64,000 nt of DNA. Origin: Vicugna vicugna (lineage: Eukaryota). Numbering within the stretch: position 1 is the stretch's first letter; each line of letters begins with the position of its first letter. Where the stretch lies: the NCBI GenBank assembly GCA_013265495.1, contig MU057865.1, forward strand, positions 930,001-994,000, in the 5' to 3' direction. The notes below the pieces were generated by a model that was not told the DNA's origin, did not search any database, and saw only the letters and a program-made list of their open reading frames with translations. A program made the translations under genes and the position numbers. Below are positions 37,361 through 49,757 of the stretch, one piece after another.

Positions 37361-37519
37361 CTAGGTAAAATGGTCATATGTCACATATCATAGGTGAAGT
37401 AACTGAGCATCAAGATATCTTAAAACAATAGTTGTGGAAGTGTGGTCCCCAGCAATCTGTATTTTAGCAATCCTTCCAACTGATTCTGATGCATATTAGT
37501 GTTGTATTATTACCATTAT

Positions 37520-37617
37520 CCTTTTTCTTCTTCTTTCTTCTTTCTTCTTCTTCTCCTCCTCCTCATTGTTATTATCATCATCCTCATCATCATTATTATT
37601 ATTATTATTATTATTAA
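37520..37617. repeat. Compound trinucleotide microsatellite (TTC/CTC/ATC/ATT)
   Basis: Direct reading of the sequence. Confidence 0.9.
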
Positions 37618-38347
37618 TCTTCTTACACTAAAAGCCCACTATTCAAAAAACAAGAGTGGAATGAATATGGGTTTACTAGGCTCTTCTGAAATGGGACTTA
37701 AGCATTCACTAAACTCCTTGACATCTGTAAGCTTCCAACATTTGTAATTACGTTTTAAGGGGTCTCTGTGCAGCTGAGTCAATCCCCGCAGTATTGACAG
37801 CAGCAGGGCCAAAAAATTATTTCCTGAAAATATATCTGGGCAGTGCATCCCAGTGTCAACCAAATTATTGGCATTTTTGTGTGTATATACTTCCTTAGTT
37901 CCTTAGAATCAGATTAATGTAACGGAGCATCAGTTTGGCTCTCTGTGTAACCACTCTAACCCCCTGAAGATGCTTCCTTTTCTTTCTGGTCATTTGAGGA
38001 TGCTTCCCTTTGTTCAAGATTAATTAGTTTCCCAGGCTCCTGTAGATCTTATAAACTGTCCTACCTTTTCCCATAGCCTGAGCTTGGATGAGTTATTTAA
38101 CTTCTCTGATACTCTTTCACCTTGTTAGGAAAATGGAAATACTTACCTCTTTTTTTTTTAATATAATGTTGGTGTGAAGATTAAATAAAATTACTTTTTT
38201 AGTTTTTAAGCACAATGCCCATATACTTATGGTACGCACTTAAGAAAAAAAAAATGTTCCCTTACTGCCCTTTCTAGAATCTGAAAAAAATATGAAATTT
38301 ATTGGTGTAATGCTGAGCTTAAGCATAAATAAAAATATGGAATTCTT

Positions 38348-38412
38348 TTTTATTCATAATTTAGTTTTATTTTATTTTATTTTTTTTGGTGGGGAGGTAA
38401 TTAGGTTTACTT

Positions 38413-38443
<31 letters not shown>

Positions 38444-38523
38444 AGAGGAGGTACTGGGGATTGAACCCAGGACCTCATGCATGCTAAGCATTTACTCTAT
38501 CATTTGAGCTATACCATCCCCCC
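38348..38523 (-). mobile_element. tRNA-derived SINE (Vic-1-like, camelid)
   Basis: Antisense A/B boxes (tttgagctatacc; ggggattgaacccagg); ggggaggtaattaggttt segment; T-rich tail; TSD aaatatggaattctt (38333-38347) / aaatatgaagttctt (38524-38538). Confidence 0.9.
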
Positions 38524-39029
38524 AAATATGAAGTTCTTATATGGCCTATGCTGTATTAAGTCAGAATACTGTCAACATTATGGAGTATTAAAGACAACTG
38601 TATATTGTCTGCTTGCAGAATGGTTGCCGTAGCTGAGTAATTAAGCTGATAGTGGAGCATCATAAGGAAGAGATGATGCTTTTGGCCTTGAGGATACTTC
38701 ATTTCATGTGGTAGTTGGACATTAAAGTGATTTTTCTTAAAGAAGAGAAATAGGATATTGCAGATAAAGTTGAAATTCCTTTTATTACCTCCTCCTCAGG
38801 AGTAATCACTGTCATAAATTTGCTGTGGACTCTTCCAGTTGGCTTTCACACTTAATATATGAATATAGGCATAAACATTCTCTTGCATTGCTCTGTGTGT
38901 TTTAAAAATTATATAATTTCTATCACAATATATGTATTATTTGGCAAATTGAATTTTCTTATGTTTAGAGACCTAGCCTATCCATCTTAGGTGTATATTT
39001 AGTGCTTATTTAACAGCCTGCCATATGGA

Positions 39030-40890
39030 ATTTCAGGCTTCTGGCCCAGGTTGTAGAAATGGAATTAGAGTCACTATAACCCTTGCAGTGAAATAGAGCC
39101 AGACTAAATTCAAATTCATGCATTTTTTGAACCAATTAGAGAGCCAGTGTTGGACAGCAAACCACTGCCCCTAAATCTAAAAAGAGTTGGTACCTGTGGG
39201 GACAGAAGTGAGGCAAGCATGTTCTCATGATGGGAGGAAGCTGTAGACACTGGAAAGAGTTAAGCTATATTACTTGATAGTTTGGTGAAGTCCAAGTGTG
39301 AGTTGACAAAACAGCATAAAACCCTGAGAGCAGCAGAATTTGGGAGGGCCGCCACCACTTGTAGGCTCTTTCTCCAAAAGCACTGTCAGAAAGAAAGTTT
39401 GTAAAAATCTTTAAAATTATCCATTGTGGTGCAGAGCTAGAAAAAGGGAAGAGTAGCCATGCTGGAGGAGCAGGAAATTCTGCCTAGATTATCCTCCCCT
39501 CTCTCCATTATAGAACAAAGTCTTATACTTGTGAGGGAAAAAATAAGAAGCACTGCTGTCATGAAAACACTGCTGAAACATCACTGTAGCTGGGAGAGAA
39601 GAACAGGAGAGAAGAAAGAGAAGGGCGGGATTGTAAGCTGGACCCACAGGGCTGGAGAGCCGAGGTTATACCCCCAAGATCCAGGAACACAATGCTTTCC
39701 TGTCAGAGGTTTAATCAGAATAAGAGAGGTCACACTACCTCATAGCTTCTAACACCAACCTAACAGTCTTCAAAGACATCAAATACTGCTGGAAAAGAGG
39801 CAGGGTAGGTCAAAGAATGAACAAAGAGACCCACTTTGGGGCACAGCACAAAAGGAAGATTTAAAATTCAAAACTGAATAGACATTGTTCTGAGAAACCT
39901 ACACCTGCACTAATTTTGAAAATTATGGTAGTACACAAAGGTGTACAACAACAACAAATTTCAAACTCAGCCCAATTCCTACCTAAACTAACCCAAAGCT
40001 TTCATCAAAAGGACAGCAGAACTTGTGATTACTTCTAGCCTTACAGCTTTTTTTTTTTACCTCAGTCTCTACTGATTTAGAGAACACATCTAACATTCAT
40101 CAACAACAACAGCAAAAAAAAATTCAAGGCATAGAAAGGGCAATAAAAACAAACTCAGAAAAGACAAAACAATGATCACAAAAGAACCTGAGTATGACAA
40201 AGATGTTGGAGCTACCTGACAAGAAATTTAAAGTAACTATGATCTGTGTTAAAGACTCTAATGGAACCACTGAACGACATGAAAATAAGAAGGTTAGTTT
40301 CAGCAGGAGAAATAGAAACTACAAGAAAGAGACACATGGAGGAGCTAGAAATAAAAAACACAGTTTTAAAGATTAAAAATGCCTTCTACAGGATCATCAG
40401 TAGACTCAACACCACTAAGGAGAGAATCAAGGAACTTGAAGATAGATCAATAGAAATTATCCAAACTGAAATGAAAAGAGGAAAAGAAAGAGTGAAAAAA
40501 AAAACTTGAAAAGGGAAAAAGAGAATCTGAGAGTTGTGGGACAATATCCAATACTCTAATATACATGTGATCATATTCTCAGGAGAAAAAGAAAATAGGT
40601 CAAAAATATTTGAAGCTAGAATGTCTGAGAATTTTTTGAAAACTATAGACACCAAACCTCAAAACCTGGAAGCTCAAAGAACACCGAGAAGGATAAGATA
40701 AGTATCACCCCAGCCTCCAAAAGGTCCTCCTCGGCATATCTTACTCATTGCTGGAAACAAAAGGCAAAGAGAATATCTCGAAGACAATCAGAGGGAAAAA
40801 AAAAAGGAACATTCTATTTAGAGGATAAGGCGGGATTTGCAGCCAACTTCTTGTCAGAAACCAAGCAAGCCAGAAGACAATGTAGTAATG
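39030..40890 (+). mobile_element. Old L1M 5' region plus decayed ORF1
   Basis: ORF-track peptide ELEIKNTVLKIKNAFYRIISRLNTTKERIKELEDRSIEIIQTE (40246-40509) is the L1 ORF1 coiled coil. Confidence 0.82.
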
Positions 40891-41566
40891 TTTTATCAGT
40901 TTATTTTCTCTTAGTCCCACATTGACCCTCAATTTCTTGATCTATGAAAACTGAACTAGGCCCTTTATGTTTCCTTTGCTTGTTGGTATGATGCTAAGCT
41001 TTGTCCCTCTCAGTTCTTCTTAGCAGGTTCTTGCAGTGCCCGTGGCTTTTCCTACACTCATCTTGTGGAGTGTGGACGGCTTATCCAAGCATACGGTTAC
41101 TGATGTGAACAGTCATCAGCTACACTCAGCAGCTTGGAGCTCCCCTCAGCAACTCTGTTGGGAGGTTTAACAGCAAAATGTCTTCACTGAGATACTTTCC
41201 TGTGAATAACCTTTCCTGGCACCCTAGAGGAAATATTTCTCGAAAGGTCCGGACAGTAGATTTCCATCACATTCGGCCAAGACAGCACCACAGCAACTTA
41301 TCTTACAGTCAGTGAGCCAAAGCCATGATATCTCCAGGAATTCTGGATCTTAGTCCTAGGATGAAGGTTCTTGTTCCAGTGTTCTGTCTCATCCCTAGGG
41401 ATACAGGCTACTCCTTATATTTGGTATTTCTGTACTCTTTACAATTCTCTTAATTCTTCCTAGCCAAAATATTGTTTCTTTGGTATAAGTTAATAATGCT
41501 TTATGTTAATTTTTACCTGCTCATATCACCTTTTTTTTGTCTTGTTTTCAATCCTGACTAATACAA
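40890..41566 (+). mobile_element. Old ERVL-type LTR
   Basis: Ends cctgactaataca, a typical ERVL LTR terminus; abuts and truncates the L1 ORF1. Confidence 0.55.
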
Positions 41567-41849
41567 TCATAGCATCAGGAGGCCCTCCCTGAGTAGCTCT
41601 CTTCCACCAGGACCCCTTCCATAGTTTGTCTTTTCCATATTGAATCTTTCTCTTCCAGGTGTTCAGAAGAGAGAAGAGGAACAGAGAGACAAAGATGGTA
41701 GTTCAGAAATGGCTTAAGTGTCTTCCTCCCACACTTTATGGTCCCAGCCTAGCTTTAAAGCAGGGTGACTAATACAGTGCTCCTCTATTCCTAGGAATAA
41801 GGGATGGCCTTGATAAGCATCTGGCCAGTCTCCACAACAAGGTATGAAA

Positions 41850-42672
41850 CTTTCTATGTTCTAAACTGAAGTCTGTAATACCTCCCTCCACCACCCACAA
41901 ATCTTCCCCATCCTTTATTTCTTCCTCAGTAAGTGTTACAATCATTTACCATTTCTTAAGCAAAAACCTTGTGGCCATCCATAACACCTGACTCTCTTAT
42001 ACTTCAAATCTATCAACAAATTCTGTTGCAAATCAAACTACCCTCATCTAGTCTAAGTCTTGGACTACTGTACTGAACTCCTGATTTTTATCCAACTTCC
42101 AGTCTTTTCTGTACAGTTTATTCTCCTCAGAAAAGCCAGAGGCAGCTTCTAAAACCTAAAAAGGTTATGTGATGATCTCACTTTCGTGTCATCAGCGGCT
42201 TTCCATCACACTTAACACTAAAATTTAAAGTTTTGTCCATGGTCTGCTAGACAAGCTGATTCCCAGTTACATTCCCTAAGTCTTCTTGCCTGTGTTTACT
42301 TCAGTCTGACCACACAGGAATTCTTGTAGTTTTCATCTCTTTTCTTGCTGTTTTCTATCCCAGAAATACTCATTTCTCTGTTATTTTAATTGGCACATTT
42401 TGCGCATTCAAACTCAAATGTAACCATCTCAGAACATCCACCTTAGTCACCAATCTAAAATATCACCATTTTGATTGACATAGATTTTGTCAAATCACTA
42501 ATCACTACCAGACATTATTACATAATTTCTCTGTTATATTAATCTCTTAATCACTAGAATATAGGTTTCATGAAACAAGGGCTTTTCTTTGTTCTTCTTA
42601 CTGTAAAATAGGTGCCTATAAAATCCCAGGACTGAAGGACTTGAGTAATGTTAGTTGAATGAATACATGAAT
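41850..42672 (+). mobile_element. L2 3' fragment
   Basis: cttggactactg...tcaaactcaaatgtaacc...gttgaatgaatacatgaatg tail. Confidence 0.7.
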
Positions 42673-42719
42673 GTTAGATTTCAAGAGAAAGTATCAGTCA
42701 ACCACATGGGGGGGTGGAT

Positions 42720-43200
42720 GTGAGGTGGAAAAAAGGAAGTGGACTTGACAAAAAAAACTTGAATCTTTTGTGAATAGAGAGACAATGTATGGCACAGGTA
42801 GGAAACTGTAAAAGTTTCAGTAAAACAGGAAAATAGGATGTGAAAGTACTGATGATAAAAGATGATGATCATGAAGTTGACAAGGTCAAATACAGAACTG
42901 CTACAAGTTGAGCTGAAAAAGAAAAAATTAGTTGTTTGACTCTAGTAGAAGTCACCTGATCAGATTTGTGGCTTAATAGAATCACATTAGCTGCAATGTG
43001 AAGAATAACCAAGAGAGAAGAGAGACCGAAAGAAAATGACACCAGTGTTAACCAGTAGCTTTGCTTGGGCATGGCTCTGGTTTGGACCAATATGGCAGAA
43101 GCTGAATGAAGAGAGAAAGGTCAAGGAGTATTTCAAAAATAAAATCAACAGAATATCGTTGTTTTTTTTAATGCGGGGATGAGAAAAGAGTTGTGTTGAT
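42720..43200 (-). mobile_element. L2 fragment
   Basis: tgatcagatttgtgg...agaatcacattagctgcaatgtgaagaata. Confidence 0.55.
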
Positions 43201-43989
43201 CTCCAGATAAAGGAAAAGTAAATGTCAACATCCCGACTTAACAGAAATACCAGTTTCTAGTTTCTGCCCTCAAGTGCACAGAAATATGTTGATAATTAGT
43301 ATCTTTAAATTGGATAAAAATACAATCTAGGTTGACAGTTAAAGTAGTTTTCTCAGAGTCATGAAAATGAAGAGAGTTATTTCACTTGTTATTTTAACTG
43401 AATGATGTCTTATGTGTCTAGTAGGTCAAGGAACCACCCCTCCCAAGGACTCCCCAGTACCCCCACATCTTGCTACCCAAGGTGTTCTTAGGCAGAACAT
43501 TCACAAACCCTTGAGAATAAAGCAGATAAATGCCTGCCAAACACTGGGAGCTATTTAAATATTATCATAACATGCAATGTAATTATAACAATTCAATCTC
43601 CTGGAAAATGCAATAACCAGTTTCCCTGCTTGGTACAACGTATGTAAGTGTGGACTGTCCAGGTGGTGTAACTTTATCTCTGGTATTCTTCCCAACAAAG
43701 AGCTGCTACTATATAAATTTTAAGGGGAATATTTTAATGGAAAATTTCATTTTACATTTATAACCTGCTGTTTGGGTTCCCCCATACACGGATCAGAATA
43801 CCATTTCAAAAATAAGCCCAGAGAATTTCTTAACTTCATAAGTAGATATATGTAGTTAGGTCTGGGAGGGAGTAACAGATTTTGAAGCCAATTTCATCGT
43901 AGAAACTGTAATTTGAAATTAAGCACGGTTTCAATATCAAGACCCTCTTTCCTACACTTCTAACAACTGCACCACCCCCACCTCCTTTG

Positions 43990-44140
43990 CAAAAGGAGCT
44001 ATGAAATCTGTGGAGTCCCAAGCAAAATGAAAATGTGGAGTCCCTTGTTCAAAAATACCAAGATTTTCAACAACAGAACACTAAACCAAGTATAAGGTCC
44101 TTCTAAGCATAGGGTTTTGCTTTGCACACTGGAAGTTCCT
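43990..44140 (-). mobile_element. MER45A-like hAT DNA transposon
   Basis: gcaaaatgaaaatgtggagtcccttgttcaaaaat...taaaccaag matches the reverse complement of the recalled MER45A consensus. Confidence 0.7.
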
Positions 44141-45396
44141 CACTTTGATAGTCATTTGTAAATGACTGAAAGCTCAGTTGAACTTTCTTTCACTTTAGTT
44201 TATCCTGTAACTACACTTCTCCAACCTGGGAATACAACCTGATCTAATGTGGTTGACCAGAAACCCGGGCACTTTCCCATCTCACTAACTATGAAAGCAA
44301 ACTTTAATAGATCCTTATGAGTTGAATCATGTGAAAATGCTCTCATCTCTTTAACAAGACTTTCAACTCTTTAATTTGCCATCCTGAGATATCTACAGTG
44401 TCTTTCATATCAATGGAAAAATTACTGCCAATTCAACAATTTTAATGGGCATAACCAGCCACTCTGCCTAAAACACTGGTTAATTAAGAGATGCAGGTAT
44501 TAAACGTCAGATAAGCCAGGGTTATATTGAATTTACTGATCAATACAATCAAAATGACTAATCTAGCAACTCTTTGTTTTGACAAAGTTGGTGAGGCTCA
44601 GCAGTAAGAAGAGGATCTGGGGATGCCTTTCCCATCAGTGTGAGTTTCTCCTCTCATCCTCAGGTCTGCTTGCAATTGGACGGGAGACCCGGGAAACTCA
44701 GCTTTTTTCTACATCCTGAGCTTTAGAGCTTCTTTACCCTCATTCCCCTTTCTATTTTGTTTCTTGCCATGTCAAACAAACTTTTCCATCCAACCCTTGT
44801 ATCGGTTTCACCCACACCACCCCTCTCAGGGCACACACACACACACATTCCCCTACACTAAATTCTCCAGTCTAACCAGATTTAAGTATGTGAGAAGTTG
44901 AAGAGCAAAGATTCATGATGAAATTCAAATGTAAGCTCCACACAGCCACAAAGGACAGCTGGTGGATGTAGCTTTTACTCAGCATGAGACAGAGTAGCGG
45001 AAATCTACCCATGGCATTATCTCCCTGAACCTTTATTGTTGAGACCCCAAATAGAACCTTTGACCACTGTTGTTTTTCTATAGCAAGTTTCATTTACTTG
45101 TGTAATATTGCCTTTGAAGCCAGGCTTATTCAATCGTGAGACGAAGTGGAGATGTGTCAGTTACTTAGTGTCTCTGAGTACCACAGATAAGACATCTTAT
45201 CCTAAGTGAAAAGTATTTAGTAGCTTTTAGCATGCAGGTCTAACTTTCTATACTTTTCTGTCTTCTCTTTTTAAATAAAGTCTGGTTAACTTCACCCTAT
45301 CTCTTTGCCACTCTGTCTCTCAGTCACTAAAAGTCAATCTCTGTGGTCCATAACTGAAATATCTTCTTCATCAAGCTTTCATTCTAAAATATTTTA

Positions 45397-46298
45397 TTAG
45401 AATGACATTCTCCAGGAACATCCATGTTGCTGCAAACAGCATTATGTTGTCATTTTTTATGGCTGAATGGTATTTCATTATATAAATATACCACATCTTC
45501 TTTATCCAGTCATCTGTTGATGGACATTTAGGCAGTTTCCATGTCTTGGCTATTGTAAATAGTGCTGCTATGAACATTGGGGTGCAGGTGTCTTTTTGAA
45601 GTAGGGTTCCTTCTGGATATATGCCCAGGAGTGGGATTCCTGGGTCATATGGTCACTATATTCTTAGTCTTTGAGGAATCTCCATATTGTTTTCCACAGT
45701 GGCTGCACCAAACTGCATTTCCACCAGCAGTGTAGAAGGGTTCCCTTTTCTCCACAGCCTCTCCAGCATTTGTCATTTGTGGACTTTCAAATGATGGCCA
45801 TTCTGATTGGCGTGAGGTGATACCTCATTGTAATTTTGATTTGCATTTCTCTGATAATTAGTGATACTGAGCATTTTTTCATGTGCCTATTGATCATTTG
45901 TATTTCTTCCTTGGAGAACTGCCAGAAAGAGAAAGAAAAATACCATATGAGATTGTGCATATGTGGAATGTGAAAAAAAAAAAGAACATAAATACAAAAC
46001 AGAAACAGACTCATCGACACAGAATACAAACTTGTGGTTGCCAAGGGGGAGGTGGGTGGGAAGGGATAGACTGGGAGTTCAAAATTTGTAGATACTGATA
46101 GGCATATGTAGAATAGATAAACAAGATTATACTGTATAGCACAGGGAAATATATACAAGATCTTGTGGTAGCTCACAGAGAAAAAAATGGGACAATGAAT
46201 GTATGTATGTTCATATATAACTGAAAAGTTGTTCTCTACACTGGAATTTGACACAACATTGTAAAATGACTATAACCCAACAAAAAATGTTTTTTTAA
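45397..46298 (+). mobile_element. Young L1 with 5' inversion (45397-45920 antisense ORF2 end; 45921-46298 sense 3'UTR)
   Basis: Minus-strand peptide MFIAALFTIAKTWKLPKCPSTDDWIKKMW; TSD aaaatattttatta (45386-45399) / aaaacattttatta (46299-46312). Confidence 0.93.
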
Positions 46299-47477
46299 AA
46301 AACATTTTATTAAATTCTATCATTCTAACATAATCACTTGTAATCTGTTTATTCCTTTCCTTTTTTCAAAAATAGGTCACAACATCATTCTGCTTTTAAG
46401 AGAAATCAACCATTAATAATTTATGAGTTATGATCCCTGTTCCTTACAATAGATCATTTATTTAATTTTAACTTCTATCATAGCTGCTTAAATAGATTTT
46501 CTTGACTCAGTTACTGTGATTTTCTTTTGCCTTTATTTAGGCAAAGTATCTTTCTATGTATGTATGTGCACCTATCAAATAACGTCTTTTGAAAATGCTA
46601 AACCACAAATCTAATCACATCATTATTTCTGTTGTCATGGCTGCGTACACATACACCCTCAAAATAAGAAGAATTAGTTCAATCTCACGTTTGTTTCAGC
46701 TAAATCTGAGCACAAAATGTAGCATATCTTTCACATCTCAAGTCCTTTTAAATTCTTCAGTTTTGACAGTAAAAGGACCAGTTCTATTTCTTGATTTCTG
46801 GAACAAAAATACAGAGGTTGAGGAGACTGACAGATGTGGTAGAATTTATTATGACTTCTGTTTCACAAAGTCACTAGCCAGATAAAAATGTTTATTTAGA
46901 AATTAATCAAATAATGAAAGATTGAAACATCCCCACATTACTTTCTTTAAGATCAAGATTATGGTCTTAGTTGAAAATCTTCTGAGTTCTGTAAGAGATA
47001 TGGTCACATATGAAAATGCTATCATGTAATAAATGCTAATTTGTTCTGTCACCTAGAAAAGTATCCATAAACATTTTGTGTGTCTTGCGTATCACTCATG
47101 GAAGTTTTTCTGCTTATATTTTGGTAGTTAGGCTTGAAGATTTTGTTGGTGGTATTCTTAGTAAAATTTTCTTTGCTCAGTCCTATCAACTCATTACCAC
47201 TAGATTACTGTAATTTGATTCAATCACTTTGAAATAATTCAGGCCTCAATTTATTATTGTATCAAACTTCTTTTATGAAGGAAAAAAGTCACTTATTGTT
47301 GAAATCTATTCTAATTGTACGGCTAAATATGTGGTGCTAGCTAAGAAAAAAATTAAATTTTACTTACATTATTTGCCCCACATTTAATTATTATTTATGC
47401 CTTCTGCTAGGTTTTTAATTAGGATGTTTCTCAGATAATAAGTTGTTGATACAAGATGAACAAAAGAGCCTGGATTG

Positions 47478-47830
47478 GCCCATTTGGTTTGCTCTAACAA
47501 AATACCACAGACAAGGTGGCTTGTAAATAACAGAAATTTATTGCTTAAGTCCTGGAGGCTACCAATCCAAGATCAAAGTGCCAGCAGATCTGGAATATGG
47601 CAAGAGCCCACTTCTTAGTTAGCCATCTTTTGGCTCTAACTTCACGTGGTGGAAGGGGCAAGGGAGCTCTTTAGGAGGGCTGCCTTTATAAAAGCACTAG
47701 TCCCATTCATGAGATCCTACCTTCATAACCTAATCACCTCCCAAATGCCCCACTTCCAAATTCTACTGCCTTGGTGGTCAGGATTTCAACATACAAATTT
47801 CAGGGGGATGTAAATATTCAGATCATAGTA
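47478..47830 (-). mobile_element. MaLR LTR (MLT1A-like)
   Basis: ataccacagacaaggtggcttgtaaataacagaaatttattg...cctaatcacctcccaaa; homologous to 16760-17125. Confidence 0.88.
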
Positions 47831-48234
47831 GAGCCCAAGAATAAAAAAAAAAATGTGATCTGATTCTGGGCTATCACACAGACCAGCTCTGTGACCAACG
47901 ATATTACATAAACTTTCTGATATTCAGGCTCCATCTATGACATAAAGGGGTATTGGTACCCACCTCACTAGCTAGTCGTGAGAAGGATTCAAATGAGGAA
48001 ATTATGTTAAAGTGCTCTGATCAACTCTGAACCTAATCTAAATGGTCTCCTAGAGGCAATTATTAAAATATGAAGAGGGGAGAAATGGTTGTTCAGGAGA
48101 AGGGGACTGGCCATAACCAGGATTCTCCATTAAACACATTAGCACATATCAATACTGCCTGTCCTTTTAGAGTGGGAGTGAGGATGATCCCAAGGTCAAC
48201 AGATGCATTTATAAGGGGATGAATTTAATCATAA

Positions 48235-48460
48235 AAAACATTCCAGAGCCATGAAGCTTGGGTTTGGGTCCTAGTTCTATTATTAGCTGTGCAGCTGTAT
48301 GCAAGTTATTTAGGCTTTTGGCCTCATTTTCCCCATCTGTAAAATGGTGGTAATGAACCTATCTCATAGGATTATTGGGAGAATTTAATGAGCTAATATA
48401 TTGAAAATGCTCATAACAGGGCTTGATGCATAGTAATGCTCTGTGCTGTTCATTTGTTAT
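48235..48460 (+). mobile_element. MIR SINE
   Basis: gcaagttattta...gcctcattttccccatctgtaaaatgg...acctatctcataggattatt. Confidence 0.85.
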
Positions 48461-49579
48461 TGGTATCAATACATACATGTTATGGAGCAAATGCCATCTG
48501 GTTGAGACCAAGATTGTTAAAAATCAGGCCACAGCTATTGGGACAGTCAAATATAGAATTTGTACAGTTTGCACTATGTGACAGGGATGCACAATTTTTG
48601 ACATTTTTATGTGTTACTCCTTTTCCAATGCTGTGGATAATTTATTTAATAAGTGGTGAACAGATCTGAGTGATAATATTATGCACTAAAGTAGATGTTT
48701 GAAGACTGGGAGTAAAGATAAGAATTCAAGACTTGAATCAGGATGATCAGTCTTCAAATTTTCAAATCTTTGTATCTCCACTGGCCATAAATAAGATACA
48801 GAGAAAAGCAGGAACAGGGGGGAACTCACGCCCTCCTAACTCTGTTCTGTGAGCATTTCCCTCAGATTGACAGAACCTTAAATACACATCTAGACACTAA
48901 TGAAAAAATTACTGAACATATTTAGTGAAATAATGAATACAAAGTGCTGAGAACTTTACTGGAATTTTGTCATTAAAGGTGTGGGATGGGCATTATCTTT
49001 TCTTTGTATCTCAAATTCCATAGGGTCGGGAACTATGTCTCTTCTGCTCAATGTTCTTAGACTTATCTGGTGATACAGTAACACAACACAAAATATGATT
49101 TCCAAAAAATACTGAAATACAGTGGAAATCTTTGCAGAAGTCTCTTATAGACATATCTCAGCAGTTAAATTCGTTGACATGTGTCCCAAAGACCCTTTTT
49201 ATCTTTCTCCTTATACTTTCTCACCATCTACTCCCTCTAGATCTCTTATTTTTCTTCTTCAACTCATCTCCAAGTTGAAGTTTCCTCTTCCCCACTCTTT
49301 CTAATCTAAACCAATAAACCAACATGGCTTTTCTCAGCATTTTGCATTTTCTATTCCAGAATTCTCCTTAGAAGACAGAAGAGGAAGAACTGTGAAAGCC
49401 TGTGGGGTGAACACTAGTTTAGAAGCCTACGTTCCATTCGACAGACATTTCTGTAGTTTGGAGAATTAAGATCCAATGACTGTAACAGAGAAGGGCAGAA
49501 AGGATGCCTGGTGGATTAGGCAGGAACTCAGCAGATTGGCTCATAGAGCAAAATACCTGAAATCAAGAACCAAAGCCTT

Positions 49580-49757
49580 GAGGGGAAGGTATGGCTCAAA
49601 TGGTAAGAGTGTATGCTTAGCATGCATGAGGTCCTGGGTTCAATTCCCAACACCTCCTCTAAAAATAAATAAATAAATCTAAATACCTCCCCTCACACAC
49701 CAATAAATAAATAAGTAAAGGTTTTTAAATGGATTACCTAGCTTAAAAAAAAAAAAA
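49580..49757 (+). mobile_element. tRNA-derived SINE (Vic-1-like)
   Basis: ggggaaggtatggctcaaatggta...gaggtcctgggttcaattccc...aataaataaataaatctaaatacctcccc; A-rich tail. Confidence 0.9.

Noticed and set aside
37499..37747. ORF with a poly-Leu/Ile transmembrane-like stretch
   Set aside because: Translation of a trinucleotide microsatellite
45787..46254. 155-aa minus-strand ORF
   Set aside because: Artefact of reading antisense L1 3'UTR into the inverted ORF2 arm
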